From contig JAQFVV010000001.1 of the NCBI GenBank assembly GCA_028023455.1, positions 30,504,001 to 30,568,000 of the forward strand: 64,000 nucleotides of DNA, in the 5' to 3' direction. A program made the position numbers and the translations under genes. Every line of letters starts with the position of its first letter. Positions within the stretch are counted from its first letter, which is position 1. Below are positions 1 through 12,579 of the stretch, piece after piece. A model generated the notes under the pieces. It worked only from the letters and a program-made list of their open reading frames with translations. It made no database searches and was not told where the DNA came from. Source of the DNA: Epiperipatus broadwayi (lineage: Eukaryota; Animalia; Onychophora).

Positions 1-89
1 ACATTGGTGTACAATAATTATGATTATCTAGGAAGTGTATTATATTCCCACTTATATTATTTCATTTTTGAAGATCAAACATTGTAATG

Positions 90-640
90 GTTTTGGCTAC
101 TTCAAGACCGAGCTGTTTGAATCATTCTGACATATCACTATATTTGTAAAGATTGCATGCTGAAAGCAAATACGAAACCTATTTTTGAGTTTGCATAAAA
201 TGTATGTATAAGATATTTTAGTGTTAAACTTAAAGATCAAGCTAAGCCATGGGCTCCTCATATTATATACAAAACTTGTGTGGAGCATTTACACCAGTGA
301 ACAAATGAAAAGATAAACTGTTTGAAATTTGGAGTTACCAATGGTTTGGAGGGAGCCAAAAATCCTCTTTGATGACTTTGTTATTTTTCTATTATTAATA
401 TCATAGGCATCAAAATAATCATGACAAGCTCTTTCCAGAGAATCTTGTGACTTAAAGAGACAATGAACGATTTCACCAAGACATAAAAACAATTGAAACC
501 ATATACCAGTTAGGGTAGAATGCACCCGTGATGGGAGACTGTTAATGGAATCTTATATTGGATTGTCCTGGCAGATCCCACTTTTGGGTGTCTTGAAAAG
601 AGAACTTCTTAAATGTCATATTGATTGGTAAGTTTGTATC
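90..640 (+). mobile_element. Decayed, internally deleted DNA transposon, CMC/Chapaev3-like
   Basis: Plus-strand frames with stops and shifts give YFSVKLKDQAKPWAPHIIYKTCVEHLHQ*, and further on GDC*WNLILDCPGRSH. These resemble the N-terminal (LGDQDK-WAPH-C--C) and C-terminal (MADYCW-L-RD) ends of a transposase family I associate with Chapaev3; family name is from memory. Confidence 0.55.
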
Positions 641-2384
641 ATAAACTTATCTTTTTAGTATCAACTAAGTAGATTTTCATGTAGTGCACTTTTTTTTTCA
701 TTTTTAATATGTTTTCTTCATGCTTAAAAGATATTAATTTAAACACTACATTAAAATATCCTGATTTTTTTATGAGCTAACAGAGTGACAAATGGTATAT
801 TGTATACATTCTATAGCTCAGAAACTAACTGGGCAAATATACCAAGAAAGAGGTCTAATGTTTGAGGCATCAAAATGTATGTCGGCAGAGCAATTATTAG
901 AAATAGAATAATGCACCACAAAAAAAGATAATTTAAAAATAAATTGAAATAGAGAGCAAAAATATGACTGAGTGTACAAGTCACAAAAATGACTTGATTT
1001 AGAGATGATTCTCCAGATGACAAATATATGAAATTAATGAATTTCTAAAAAAATTTCACTTAATATTTTTTTCAAACCTTATCTGAGGAATCCATGGATA
1101 CAAGGTGACAACTGTACTTAAATATTGTGTCAATCAATAAATATACAAAATATAAAACTAAAATATATTAGAATTCAAATAAGTATGAATATTGTTGTTT
1201 TTAGATTCAACTATTTCTTATTCTATAATAATGATTTATTTTTATTAAGGAATCTATATTTTAGTTAAATTAGGTGATCTTGGATGAACTCTCCGTGAAG
1301 GTGAAAAATAATTTAATCTTCATTCGATTAATTCCTTGATCATCACCACAATCTTTTACAATCAATATGAGATTAAGATTCATATATATATTACTTCTAT
1401 GCAAAATCAAAATATAGCTTTTATATAAAACACAATTTGTCTTAAACAAATGAAATATTATGAAAGCTATTTAAAAGATTTTTTTTTTATGTTTGTGACT
1501 ACTTTGTGTTTTGTATCAGTTGTACAATTTTAGTGTTACAGTAACTGCCATTTTATTTTTAGCAAGTCATTAATCATATCTGACAGTTTTTTTAATGGTA
1601 TATCACTTAAAAAACATATTGAGAAATGATTCTAATTTAAACTCTCAGAAAAGATCAACCTTCCATTACATTTGCAATGAAAATGAGTATTTTTTTTTTT
1701 TGTTTAAGCAAATTGATTTTATTTTTACTACTTTCTAAAAATAATTCAGTAAAATGGTCAAACTTAACATTTTTTTTTTTTTTTTGCTGATATATTCAGA
1801 ATTTGTTCATGTGTGTGTGTATATGTATAGTCATATGTATGTAATATATAATCATTCATTATCACTTTATTGAACTAACTAGTCGGCATTTATTATTTAA
1901 TTATCTCGTGTAGTGAAAAATTATTTAAGAATTATATAAATATTCCGTTTGTTAACGTTCCTCTTTAAGCTATAATGATTTCAATTTCTATTCAGAATAT
2001 AAATGAAAATGTATTTATTTATTGTAAGTATGTTGTGAAATATTTTGATGTAATAGTTTTATAAATATTACGTGACTGTGTAGATATCAATTTAAAATAA
2101 CTATTTGTTATTTTAAAAATAGAAAAGCTACAGATCCTGATGATGAGTTACTTGAAGAAGTTTTAAAATGCAGTGCTGTTTATGATAGCTTCCAAATCTT
2201 TGAAAAAAAATTTATGAATATTTGAATTCCTGAAGTTTTTCTAACTGTTGTTATACTTTTTTTTTGTCAAAATTCTAGAAATAAAGTGAGGGAAAATGCA
2301 ATAATTATTTTATGAATATCATTGTTATCCATTACAATAAAGCTACTTTGAATTTTTTTTTAATAAGTTGCTAGCAGCTATCAA

Positions 2385-2456
2385 GCGTTGGTGGCCTAGT
2401 GATTAGCATAGCTGCCTTCCAAGCAACTGGCCCAGGTTCGCTTCCCTGTCAACGCA
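2385..2456 (+). tRNA. tRNA-Gly(TCC)-derived retrocopy, probably non-functional
   Basis: 72-nt GCGTTGGTGG...CCTTCCAAGC...GGTTCG...CAACGCA matches eukaryotic tRNA-Gly(TCC) with several substitutions (D-arm, T-loop GGTTCGCTT, acceptor stem). Followed by a short trailer, A12, and flanked by the repeat TTGCTAGCAG. Confidence 0.85.
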
Positions 2457-3049
2457 TTTGATATGGAAAAAAAAAAAATTGCTAGCAGTACTGATGAATG
2501 ATTTCTAGATACTTAGTGTGGTTTTATGGAATAAAAAAGCTATATATACATAATTTGTTTTTGTTTTTTTTAGTATTTGGAAAATGTAAAAAAAAAATTT
2601 GGTTGCAATGGTAATTTTTATATATTGCTTTTATTGATAGGTCAAGATATTTGATTCATTTAATCAAGAAGCTTTATGGCGATGTTTGAAATTAGTTGAT
2701 TATTTACCAAAATAATATACAGCTTTTACACGATAAAAAGTGACAATCATTATTAATGTTTGTGGGAAATATTATGTATTTGAAATGAAAATTGGTTTTA
2801 CTTAAACTAATGTTGTTTTTTTTTGTTTTGTAATTACATTAGTCTTTGGAACAGTTTGTGACTTTCTGAATCAGGCATTAAGATGTGATACTGGTTTGAT
2901 GATAGAATGTTTTAAAAAGAAACGACTTAAAAGGAAAAATGAGGACTTATTATTCTCTTAGTTTTTAATTTTACTGTATGTTTTAAATGCAATCTATGAA
3001 CTTTGAATTAGTAATTAAAATTCAAAAAAAAAGCTTCTTTTAGGAGTGG

Positions 3050-3640
3050 ACAATAAGAGAAAAAAAGCTTTAGCAATTTTTAAATTGGAAGATTATCAAT
3101 TTAATAATGTGAAGCAATTTAAATATTTTGATGAAAGACTTGAATCTTGAGGTCCAGGAACATAGACTCCTGCATGGTGCTGCTGAACAAATTAATAATT
3201 ATATATCCTCATGGTTATGTATGCAAATATTGTTTCGCCCAGTTTATTTTAAGAAAATGAGGTTTGGACTCTTATTGATGTACCATAAAAATTTAATTTA
3301 AGAATGCAAGATTCTAATAATAAGATGGCATGATTATAAAACCAATTGATATATTTTCCAACATGCTTTAACATATGATACTATTTGAGTATATTATTAT
3401 AAAGTCACATCTTCATTGGCTTGGGCATAGGAAGTAAATGAATAACAAACTTTTTTAGTGAACTTGAACATGGCTTTATGGAAGAGGAAGACTCTCCCTT
3501 GCATCTTAAGAATTATTTTAAAACCTTAAAAAAAATCAATTTTGGTTACTTTCATTGGAAAGATATTATTGAAGATAAAATACAAGATATAAAAATTTAT
3601 CATAAGATATCAAATATTCAGAGAACCAGAATATATTTAT
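3050..3640 (+). mobile_element. Decayed RTE/BovB-like LINE, 3' part of ORF
   Basis: Broken frames read EDYQFNNVKQFKYF, IIKSHLHWLGH, RGRLSLHLKNYFKTLKKINFGYFHWKDIIEDK, resembling the RTE C-terminal region; related to the fragment at 46700-46990. Confidence 0.55.
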
Positions 3641-6600
3641 GGATCAAATTGAACTTATCTCTAATCTTTTTTTTTCTGGCTTTAGAATGAATATACTCAT
3701 TTATCTACGATTGCTTTTGATAATAATGTTTATAAAAGAAAATCGAATCAAATGAAAAATTATTTTCATAATTATTTTTAAATGTACTATTTTATCAGCA
3801 TCTGTAAGTTTTTTTTTTTTTATGTCAATTCACTTATCACTTGACATATAAAAATAATATAAACCTATAAACAAAACATTTATATAGGTTAACATATGGA
3901 AAACTAAAAATAATATAAATTCATCACTATCTGACTATGATTTTTTGACATCTGGCAACAATTAAATTTTTAACATTTTTTAGCAATTAAAGAAGTTCTA
4001 ATTTCATTTCAGACAAAGAAGTATTTAATAACCTTCATACCACTAAATATTCTTTTAAAACATATGAATAACAATACTTTAAAAAAAAAAAAAAAATTTA
4101 TAACCTTTCTACTCTAAATTAACCAGTGCTCTGATATATTCTTCTTCCACCTATTGACAAATCATAGAATCATTTGTTATTAAAATATTAAGTAATTGTT
4201 TAGGCAAGGATAAAAATATAGGCAGTTCTCAATTTGAGTAAATCTAGACATTCATAAATAATTGCAAACTTATATAAAGTACAATAGCTTTTAAGAAAAT
4301 GTGTAAAATCTTTTTTTTTTGGTTAGTTCATCTTGTATGAATCTCTCTTATGATATATTGTAATGCATATTTTCAATTGTTAAAAAATATTTTCTACCAT
4401 AACTAATTATAATCAAGTATTTATTAAAAATTATGTTTATTCATTTTACATGATCAGTCCAAGGAAGATTCAGCAGCTTCATAAACAATAAGATGATTAA
4501 TCTTGTTTTTAGAATTTTGCAGAACATTTTTCAATGAAATTTTTTTCATGCATACAAGTTAGGCAAAATAACTGCCATGTATACAGCTATTTTAGTTATG
4601 AAGCTATATCATTATAAAGAAATAGTCTTTAATTTGATGATTGCATCAGCATCACAGGTGAAGTCTCTCGTTTTACTTAAAAAGTTATCAAGATTATAAA
4701 ATTAATTATTCCTCCAAGTTGAAGATTATACGAGTTATAAGTTGCTAAAGATTTATTTTTTTGCAGCTGTCTAATAAAGGATTTGAGGTTTTTTGAACAT
4801 TAATTTTTAATCCAAAATCTTTAAATGTTGTATGGAAAGTGATTCTGTTGGTCATTTTGAATTGATAAGAATAGCAAAACCATCAACTTACTCATACAAA
4901 CTTCAATTCATAGTTAAATAAGACTTTAAAAAAATATTTCAATTATACAGAACTTATTGTTTATTTATGAAAAATATTTTCATTTTCCCTCTACATTTAC
5001 ATATAAGTTTGTACTTATATCCAGATGAACATGGAAAGAAAAATGAATCAATACTAATAATTTTTTATGAATTCTTTGACTTTTTACTAATAAGATATTT
5101 TGAATTCAATGATATTTTTCTTACCAACAGATTTTTAATCAATCAAAATGCCAATTATAGCATAGATATCACTAGATGGAATTCATGAGAATCTAATTGA
5201 TATTCTGATATTCAAATTATATGACTTCAGTTTTGATATCAAAATCATATCTAAAGACAAAACTGGAAAAGGAATTCTAGAAGCTTACCAAAAGTTGCTT
5301 TTAGGTATAAGACCAGAAATTTATTTAAGGATTTGGATATAATCGATTAAGAATGAGATAAACTGTGGGTGTAAATTAAAGAAATTTGAACAAGATGAAA
5401 TAACAAAAATTCAAAATTTCTGTTAGAAGCTAGAGTGTTGATCAATAATAAATGAAGAGATACCAAAATTAAAAGAATAATTTTTTTTAAAGAAATTGAA
5501 TTGTAGAATGTCAAAAATATCACAATTTTGCAAAAATATAGAAAATAAAAACAAGTTGTGAAATATTTTCAGCTATGAATAAATATTTTGATGAAATGCC
5601 CTTCAGTAAAGAACCTTCAATAATAGGTGTTGAGGTCAAATTAGCTTTGAGGTTATTGCTAAAAGAAAGACATTAATAAATTGATAGCATAGCTTAGGCA
5701 ATTTTTCAGGAAATTGAAAAATAATAAAAGCATTGAGGAAAATATGTTATTTAATCTTAGAAATTATTATTATTCTTTTTTTTTTTTTTTACAAATTGGA
5801 AAAAATAAAATTTGTATGTTGCATCAATGAAAAAAATATCCATAATATGTTAAAACTCATGTAAATAAGATTATCCTGAAAATCATTCTGCACAGATTAG
5901 TGTCATACATTTAAAAGAAACTAATTGCCAAAAGTACAAACTGAATTCAGAATGGATCAAGGAACTAGTTATCATTGTTATTATAAGATAGATAAATGAT
6001 AAAACAGAATTAATTAGATTTTAAAAAATCCATCCTTGGTTTATTGATAACAATAACTTTGATTTATCTGATCATTCTAAATTATGGAATGTATTAAGAA
6101 AAATGAGTGTAAGAAAACATTTCATTGTTGGTATAAGAAGTTTTACTTGGACTAGAAATTGTAATTATTAAGTTGTAGTGAAACTTACTGGTTTTATATT
6201 AGCAAAGAGTTGGATAAAGCTAGAAGTTATCATTTTACCTTTTAAACTTGTATATTGAATATATAATAAGTAAAACCATGTTGAATGAAGACAAATATGG
6301 ATGCAGTGTTAATGCAAGAAAATTCAATAAATTTAGATATATTGATGACAGCATACGTTTTGTTAAAAATAGATGTGATCTCAAGATTTATTATGACAGT
6401 TGTGAATAGATGAGATCATAGCTAATATGAAGAAGATTAATATAACAGAATCAGCAATTTGCAAAAATAAAAACAATTAGACATTTTTAAACATCATTTT
6501 AAAGTAGTGAAATTATAGAGGTTTTTTTTTCCATTTTATTGTTAATATTTGAGACTATTAGAGTATGTGATATATTTTAAGTTTCACAATCAATCTATAG

Positions 6601-7022
6601 CATTTTAGATAAAAAGCAATGAAGAAATTAATCCATAAGAAAATAGAGTATACGATATAAATTTAGAATAGAATTCTTTAAACAGTCTTTTAGCAAGTAA
6701 AGCTACACAAAAAATAATCCATAAAAAATTTAATTCATGTATTTATTAAAAAAAGAAATTGCAAAGCAAAACATAGTAATTCATTAGAAGTTAAATGACA
6801 GTAATAAGTATTGTTTTCTATTTTGCCTTGAATTTTTTAACATAAATTATCCTGAAATGACGGGAAACATTATCAGCATGTACCTTTTTTTTTTTTAATT
6901 TTGCATTTAATCTCAAGCCAAGAGAGTTATGGCATAGAATTTTTTTAATTAATGCAGTAAAAACATGCACTTTATAATAAATTAAGGTACTTACATACAA
7001 TTCCTTCATTCTTCGCAAGACA

Positions 7023-7711
7023 TTTTTTGGTTAATTATCCATTTTCAGGGGCATCATGTTTTAAACAATATGATTGTGGTTTTTTTTTTAAGATAACTGT
7101 CTTATTAAATGTTTCATTGAATTTTTTTTTTAAGATGATTATAAAAACACAATAAATTACATAAAACTCCAAAAGATTGTAATTAAATAAAATAAAATAA
7201 CTAATAAACAAAGTAAAAAATATGATGAAAGAATACTTCCTTTGAACATGTTTTGAGATTACACTGTCATTACCTCCACACATAAAGTTTTATATCTTGC
7301 CCATTAGCACACGTTTCATGTAGGCACTATTATTTAATGATTTTGAAAATACTTCACTGTCTTCTTCTGTCACTGTTAGATTCCAAATTTTAATCATTTT
7401 TGTGAAAGATTAGGAAAATGATCAATCAACAGCTTGAACGAAATGTTATGATAAACTTTTAAAAAAACCACTACGATGTTGATGTGTTAATGGTTTGTAC
7501 ATTATAATAAATGTAAAAAATATAATTCATTAAATGTTGTGAATGGAATTTATAAAAAAATTATAATTTTTTAGACTTAATATGAATTTATATTTGATTT
7601 CTTAATATTTTTTAAACTTAATAAGTTACACATGTTCAATAAAATAATTTTGAGAAAAAAAAAAAAAAAACAAATACTTTGCCACTCCTGAAAATGGATA
7701 ATTAACCAAAA
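7023..7711. mobile_element. Degenerate MITE or DNA-transposon relic bounded by ~27-bp inverted repeats
   Basis: TTTTGGTTAATTATCCATTTTCAGGGG (~7025-7051) is the near-exact reverse complement of CTCCTGAAAATGGATAATTAACCAAAA (7685-7711). True termini are unclear. Confidence 0.45.
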
Positions 7712-9964
7712 TCGCCTGACAAAGAGAGTGACTGAGTTAAATGTTAAGTACCAAAATTAAATGTATATATGAATTGTTATTAAAAAATATGAAAATAATA
7801 ATAATAAATTGGAAATTAGACATTTACTAATAAGTGTTTGAAATATAATATTCTAAACTCATACTAAAATATGAAATAGCTAGTTGTATTTTTTTTTTAA
7901 ATGTAGGTTTTTTTATTATTAAATTACTCTTTTTTTTTCGTCCAAAAAATGACTTTAACAAAATATCTTTATCTTTTATTTTCATTTGAGAAGTGTGATG
8001 TTCATCAGCTGTTTTCCAATGGTAATTTAAACAAATTCATTGCTCCTAAAAATAAAAAATTAGGATTCATTCAAAAATCATTAATAAATATTTATATATT
8101 ATTATAACAATCATTAGGTGATCATTCTTCTACACATAATATATAGATTTAAACACTTCAGGGGAATTCTTTCTAAACACAAGATAAAGTCTTTTGAAAA
8201 GATGGGTTGAATCCATCCTATCTTTTTAACTGAAGTGTATATGTCTAGACAAATTTTAAGTATTTAGAAATGAGATTGTGACGATTTAATTAATCATTTT
8301 TAATGCCATTTACTATATCTTAATGATTGATGATTGTGAATTTTTTACAATATACTGCCTATCATTATTAGATGTTTATTATTATTGTATAATAAAATTA
8401 CCTTTGCCATTCTTACTGTTGTCATTCAAGTTGGTAGGGATTATTTTTTCGACAAATGCAGTTAATTTCTTTTGCATTAATTTCTTATGACTTTTTTTCC
8501 TCGAAAAGTGGGAAGATCATGAAACTAAAGTAAATCTCATATATGATTGTTCTTAAACTAATATTTGTTTTGATCAAACAATATATATTTGTTATTTATT
8601 ATTTTTTAAAGGGGAAAAAGCACTAAATTTGCTTACAAAATATTTATTATTAGTCTCTTTCTAGATTTTTTTCTTCTAGGATTTATAAACAAATTCAAGA
8701 ACCAATAATAGGAATTAGTTTTTGACTTACAATTTTATATATTGATATTCATAAATATTAAAATGTAAGTTATGGAAAATAATAGGAATTACTGTAAGCA
8801 ATTACTTATGAATTAAATATAAGAACCTGTCAATTTTGTTTCTAGAAAGCCTAATTTGCATCATACAAACATCAAAATTGGTTACATTTTGCTATTTTAA
8901 AAATTACTGCTAATTTATGCTAAATGTTTTATGCATATGTTTAATATATTTACATTTTTTTAAAGACACTTTTTAGAATCTGTTTAATATTATCCGTCAT
9001 TTTTCAAAATTTTTTTCCATTTAGTTATTAAGAATGAGATGATAGAATTTCATGTTAAAATGAATGTTTGGATAATTTTGATTCAAAAATTTTTTTGTCG
9101 TCAAAATCAAAATATTATATCATTACTGATATTATTCATTAATTAATAGCTCAGCTTTAGCAATTAACTCATTTTTCACATCTTGAATAATTTGACTGAG
9201 TATGGCAATTTGATTTAGAAGAATTTTTTTTTGCAAAATAGGACAATTTTATTTGGATGAAAAAAAAATATTGCAAAATAGTTTGAAATGTAAAGTAATT
9301 TTTTTTTTTAAACAAAGTTTTTAACTTTTTATTTGACCGATACTATTTGAATTGCATTTTAATAATCTTATTTTTCTTCACTGAGAAGATAGTATTCTTA
9401 GTTTAATTAGAAGCAATAAATCCAAAGTAATCAAAAGATTTCATAATATGATTATGTAATTTAAGTTGTATTTCCATTACCTTTCCCTTTATTTCAGGAG
9501 TTATTATAATTTTATTTTTTTGCTTTTATCCAAATTTATTATTGTTTCTATTACACACTGGACTTGTATATGATTCTATTTATTCATATATATATATATG
9601 GATGTGGTATAGGTATCGCTTAATAAAAATATGTACATATTTTTATATATAACAAACGAAATGATTTTTGATTTATTCTTAGCATTAAATTGTTCTTAAT
9701 AAATGTTTTAAACAATAATTACTGATCAGTGATTGTACTTCTTATTATGTAATATTGAGGTTAGATTTTTAACTCTAGCTGGAGATTACAATTAGCAAAC
9801 ATTCATGAATTTGTCCATTCTATTTTTACAACAATAAAAAGGTAAGCAAAAGATTAAAAAATTAATAATGAACTTTATTATGTCTTTATGAGTTTTTCTT
9901 TGATAAATATGTTCACATATACTATATGCTGATCTTTTTAGTTTGTTTTCTTAATATTTTGTAT

Positions 9965-10460
9965 TATATAAATTTAAGTAGAGAAGAAGGTGGGTCCATG
10001 TTTTTCTTGTAAAATCTCTGCCTTGTGTTTTGAATTGAGAGTTCTTTGTGCAGTGATTATTACTATCTGATTGGCTGTCATTTAAGTATTTTTAAGGTGC
10101 ATACACCAAAGGTTTCAGCATATGATCTGCTTAAGCTTAATAAATTGGTATATTTACATTTGTTATGATCATTTCATTAGATTTGGAAATTACTGTGCAG
10201 CAAATCGGAAGATTTCATGTTGTTTATTTATATATAGTATTTAGTGAATTAAATGTGAAGGTGTTTAAAGCTTAACGCTCTTAGGCCCAAATGCTTGAGT
10301 CTGACTTATTTATATATAAATTTAAGTAGAGAAGATGGGTCCATCTTTTTCTCGTAAAATCTCTGCCTTGTGTTTTGAATTGAGAGTTCCTTGTGCAGTC
10401 ATCATTACTATCTCATTAGCTGTCATTTAAGCATTTTAAGGTGCATCTGTCAAAGGTTTC
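9965..10460 (+). repeat. Spaced direct duplication of ~150 bp
   Basis: 9965-~10118 and 10313-~10460 align from TATATAAATTTAAGTAGAGAAGA to CAAAGGTTTCA with scattered differences. Confidence 0.85.
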
Positions 10461-11920
10461 ATATTTCATGTCATTTTTAATATTTTGTTGTGTTGTTTTT
10501 AAAATTCTGAAGCAAACTTTATTTTTTTTAAATATTTCAACATTGACTCATTTTAGTTTGTTCAACCATATATTTTCATTGAAAGCATCTTAAAAACCGA
10601 GTCAAAACTCTACACTTAGTAGTGCCCTTTAGTGCAATCCAGAGTAAGCAATGGATGCAAGGAAGATTTGTGCATAAAATCCCTATCAAGTGCCTTACTC
10701 ATCCAATATTCCCAAATGAGTGTGGCTTTCATCAATGATGAGCCTTGGATCTTACTTTCACTGATTGGCCCTACTACTATATGGAGAGTTTTACCTGTTT
10801 TTGACAGCTTGAGCAAGCATAAGAAATGATGATCATGTGGTGTTTAGTGATTTAATATTGCATCTTGTTAGAATATTTTTAAGGTAATCTCTCCCATGGA
10901 AACTATGCTCAAATTCACTATAAATACTTTTTTTTAGCAAGTCTGATATAATTTATGTGCTCATTTCATACAGCATCACATCCAGCAAACTGAAGAACAT
11001 ACTAATTTGTCTTACAATTTTGTATTGTAGAGCTTTTTTAAATGAAAGTTAACCAGTGTCTTAAAATTTTTTATCACTAAAATTCATGTCTTACTTACAT
11101 ATAATAAATAAAGAAAACATAATTGTAGTAGTTACATTATTGTAACCTAAGACTGCTTTTATATTAAAAAAAAAAAATTACCAAGATATTTAAATTTATT
11201 CACATTTTCAAACTATTAATCATCCAAACTAAAAGTTTTTTCTACTACTGGTTGCTAAAGTGTTTGAATTTTTTGGAGTATTAATTAAGTTTTATTATAT
11301 GTTTTATTCAAAATATTAAGAATATTCTGTAACTCAATTTTTGAATTGGCAAAAATTGCACAATCCTTCATGTAATGTAAATTTACTAAAACTAAAAAGA
11401 TTTGTTGTTTCTTTTAAATAATTCCATCAGATAGATGCTGTATAATATTATAAATAATCTTTGGTGGACAATCAACTGATTTTAAACATTATACCTCTTT
11501 TTGATGAATTTGAGCAAAACAATAAAAGCAATATATAAATCACTTCTTTGCTCATGATTTTTTTTTTGCATTTACATGGCAAAAATAATAATGTCTGTAG
11601 TGCTTTTTGATTCTCTAAAACAACTCTGAGTCTCTAGTAATGATTCATCTTTGACTAGTAGCAATTTATTCAACAAAATATTTTAAATTCTTTTGCTGTA
11701 GAACAGGGATGAGGAACCTTTGACCCATAGGCCATATTCTATCCTCAAAAGCTCTCAGTCCAGTCCCCGGACATTTTCAAAAACTTTTATAAAATGGACC
11801 TGTATAAAACTTGTATTTAAATGCTCACTTAGTGCAAATCATTGAATTAAGAATAAAGTAAAATAAAATATTTATTTTCTCAACTATATCTTTTTCTTTT
11901 TCCAACCTTTATAATATTGT

Positions 11921-12560
11921 CATTTCAAAAACAAACTTTATTCATAGAAAAGGTACAATACAGAGAATACAATAAAATTTGAATACAGGTAGGAACTTAC
12001 ATTTGATGTTTCATCATTTTGTGATAAACATTAATAACAATTCTGTGGAATGTACAAAGAGATGTATACAAATAAATTTTTAAACAACCAGAAATACAGA
12101 AAAATGTATTTGTCACCCGTGACAACATCATTGCCTTTCAATACCAGACTATTAGATATGGAGGGGCAGGGGCTCTCCAATATCGCAGATTTTCAAATAG
12201 TACTGAACAAGGGGATCTCACCTCTGAATATCCCCAAATTAATTGAGTTCCTTGATTTCTCTCGTACCATCATCCTCCAGGAAGTGTTTTCACAATGCTT
12301 CTATTGACGGCTTCGGGGACATCTTATGAGAGATTTAGGGAGCGTCATTGCCCTGTATGTGTACTGGTTGCATAAAGATATAAATGCACACATAAATCTG
12401 CCACCCCCATTGCTCTTCCCTCCTCAAATAATACTACCTAAGGGCCTATGTGGAATGGGCCCCCAACACTGGGACCCAGAAGCTGGTCAATGGTTCCCCT
12501 CTGATAGTCCTCTCCATAGTCTTACCATCGCCAAAAGATATGATGAAAACAGCACCCCTT
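11921..12560 (-). mobile_element. 3'-terminal fragment of a non-LTR retrotransposon, probably Tx1/L1-like
   Basis: Minus strand ends ...TGAATAAAGTTTGTTTTTGAAATG next to the TSD, preceded by a GC-richer broken reading frame (DLCVHLYLYATSTH...DVPEAVNRSIVKNTSW). Family assignment is weak. Confidence 0.5.
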
Positions 12561-12579
12561 GCTAAATTAGAAGTACTGC

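Noticed and set aside
10616-10829. Overlapping short ORFs with TGKTL and LIIDE strings resembling Walker A and B motifs
   Set aside because: The motifs are in different frames and too close together, with no further ATPase context.
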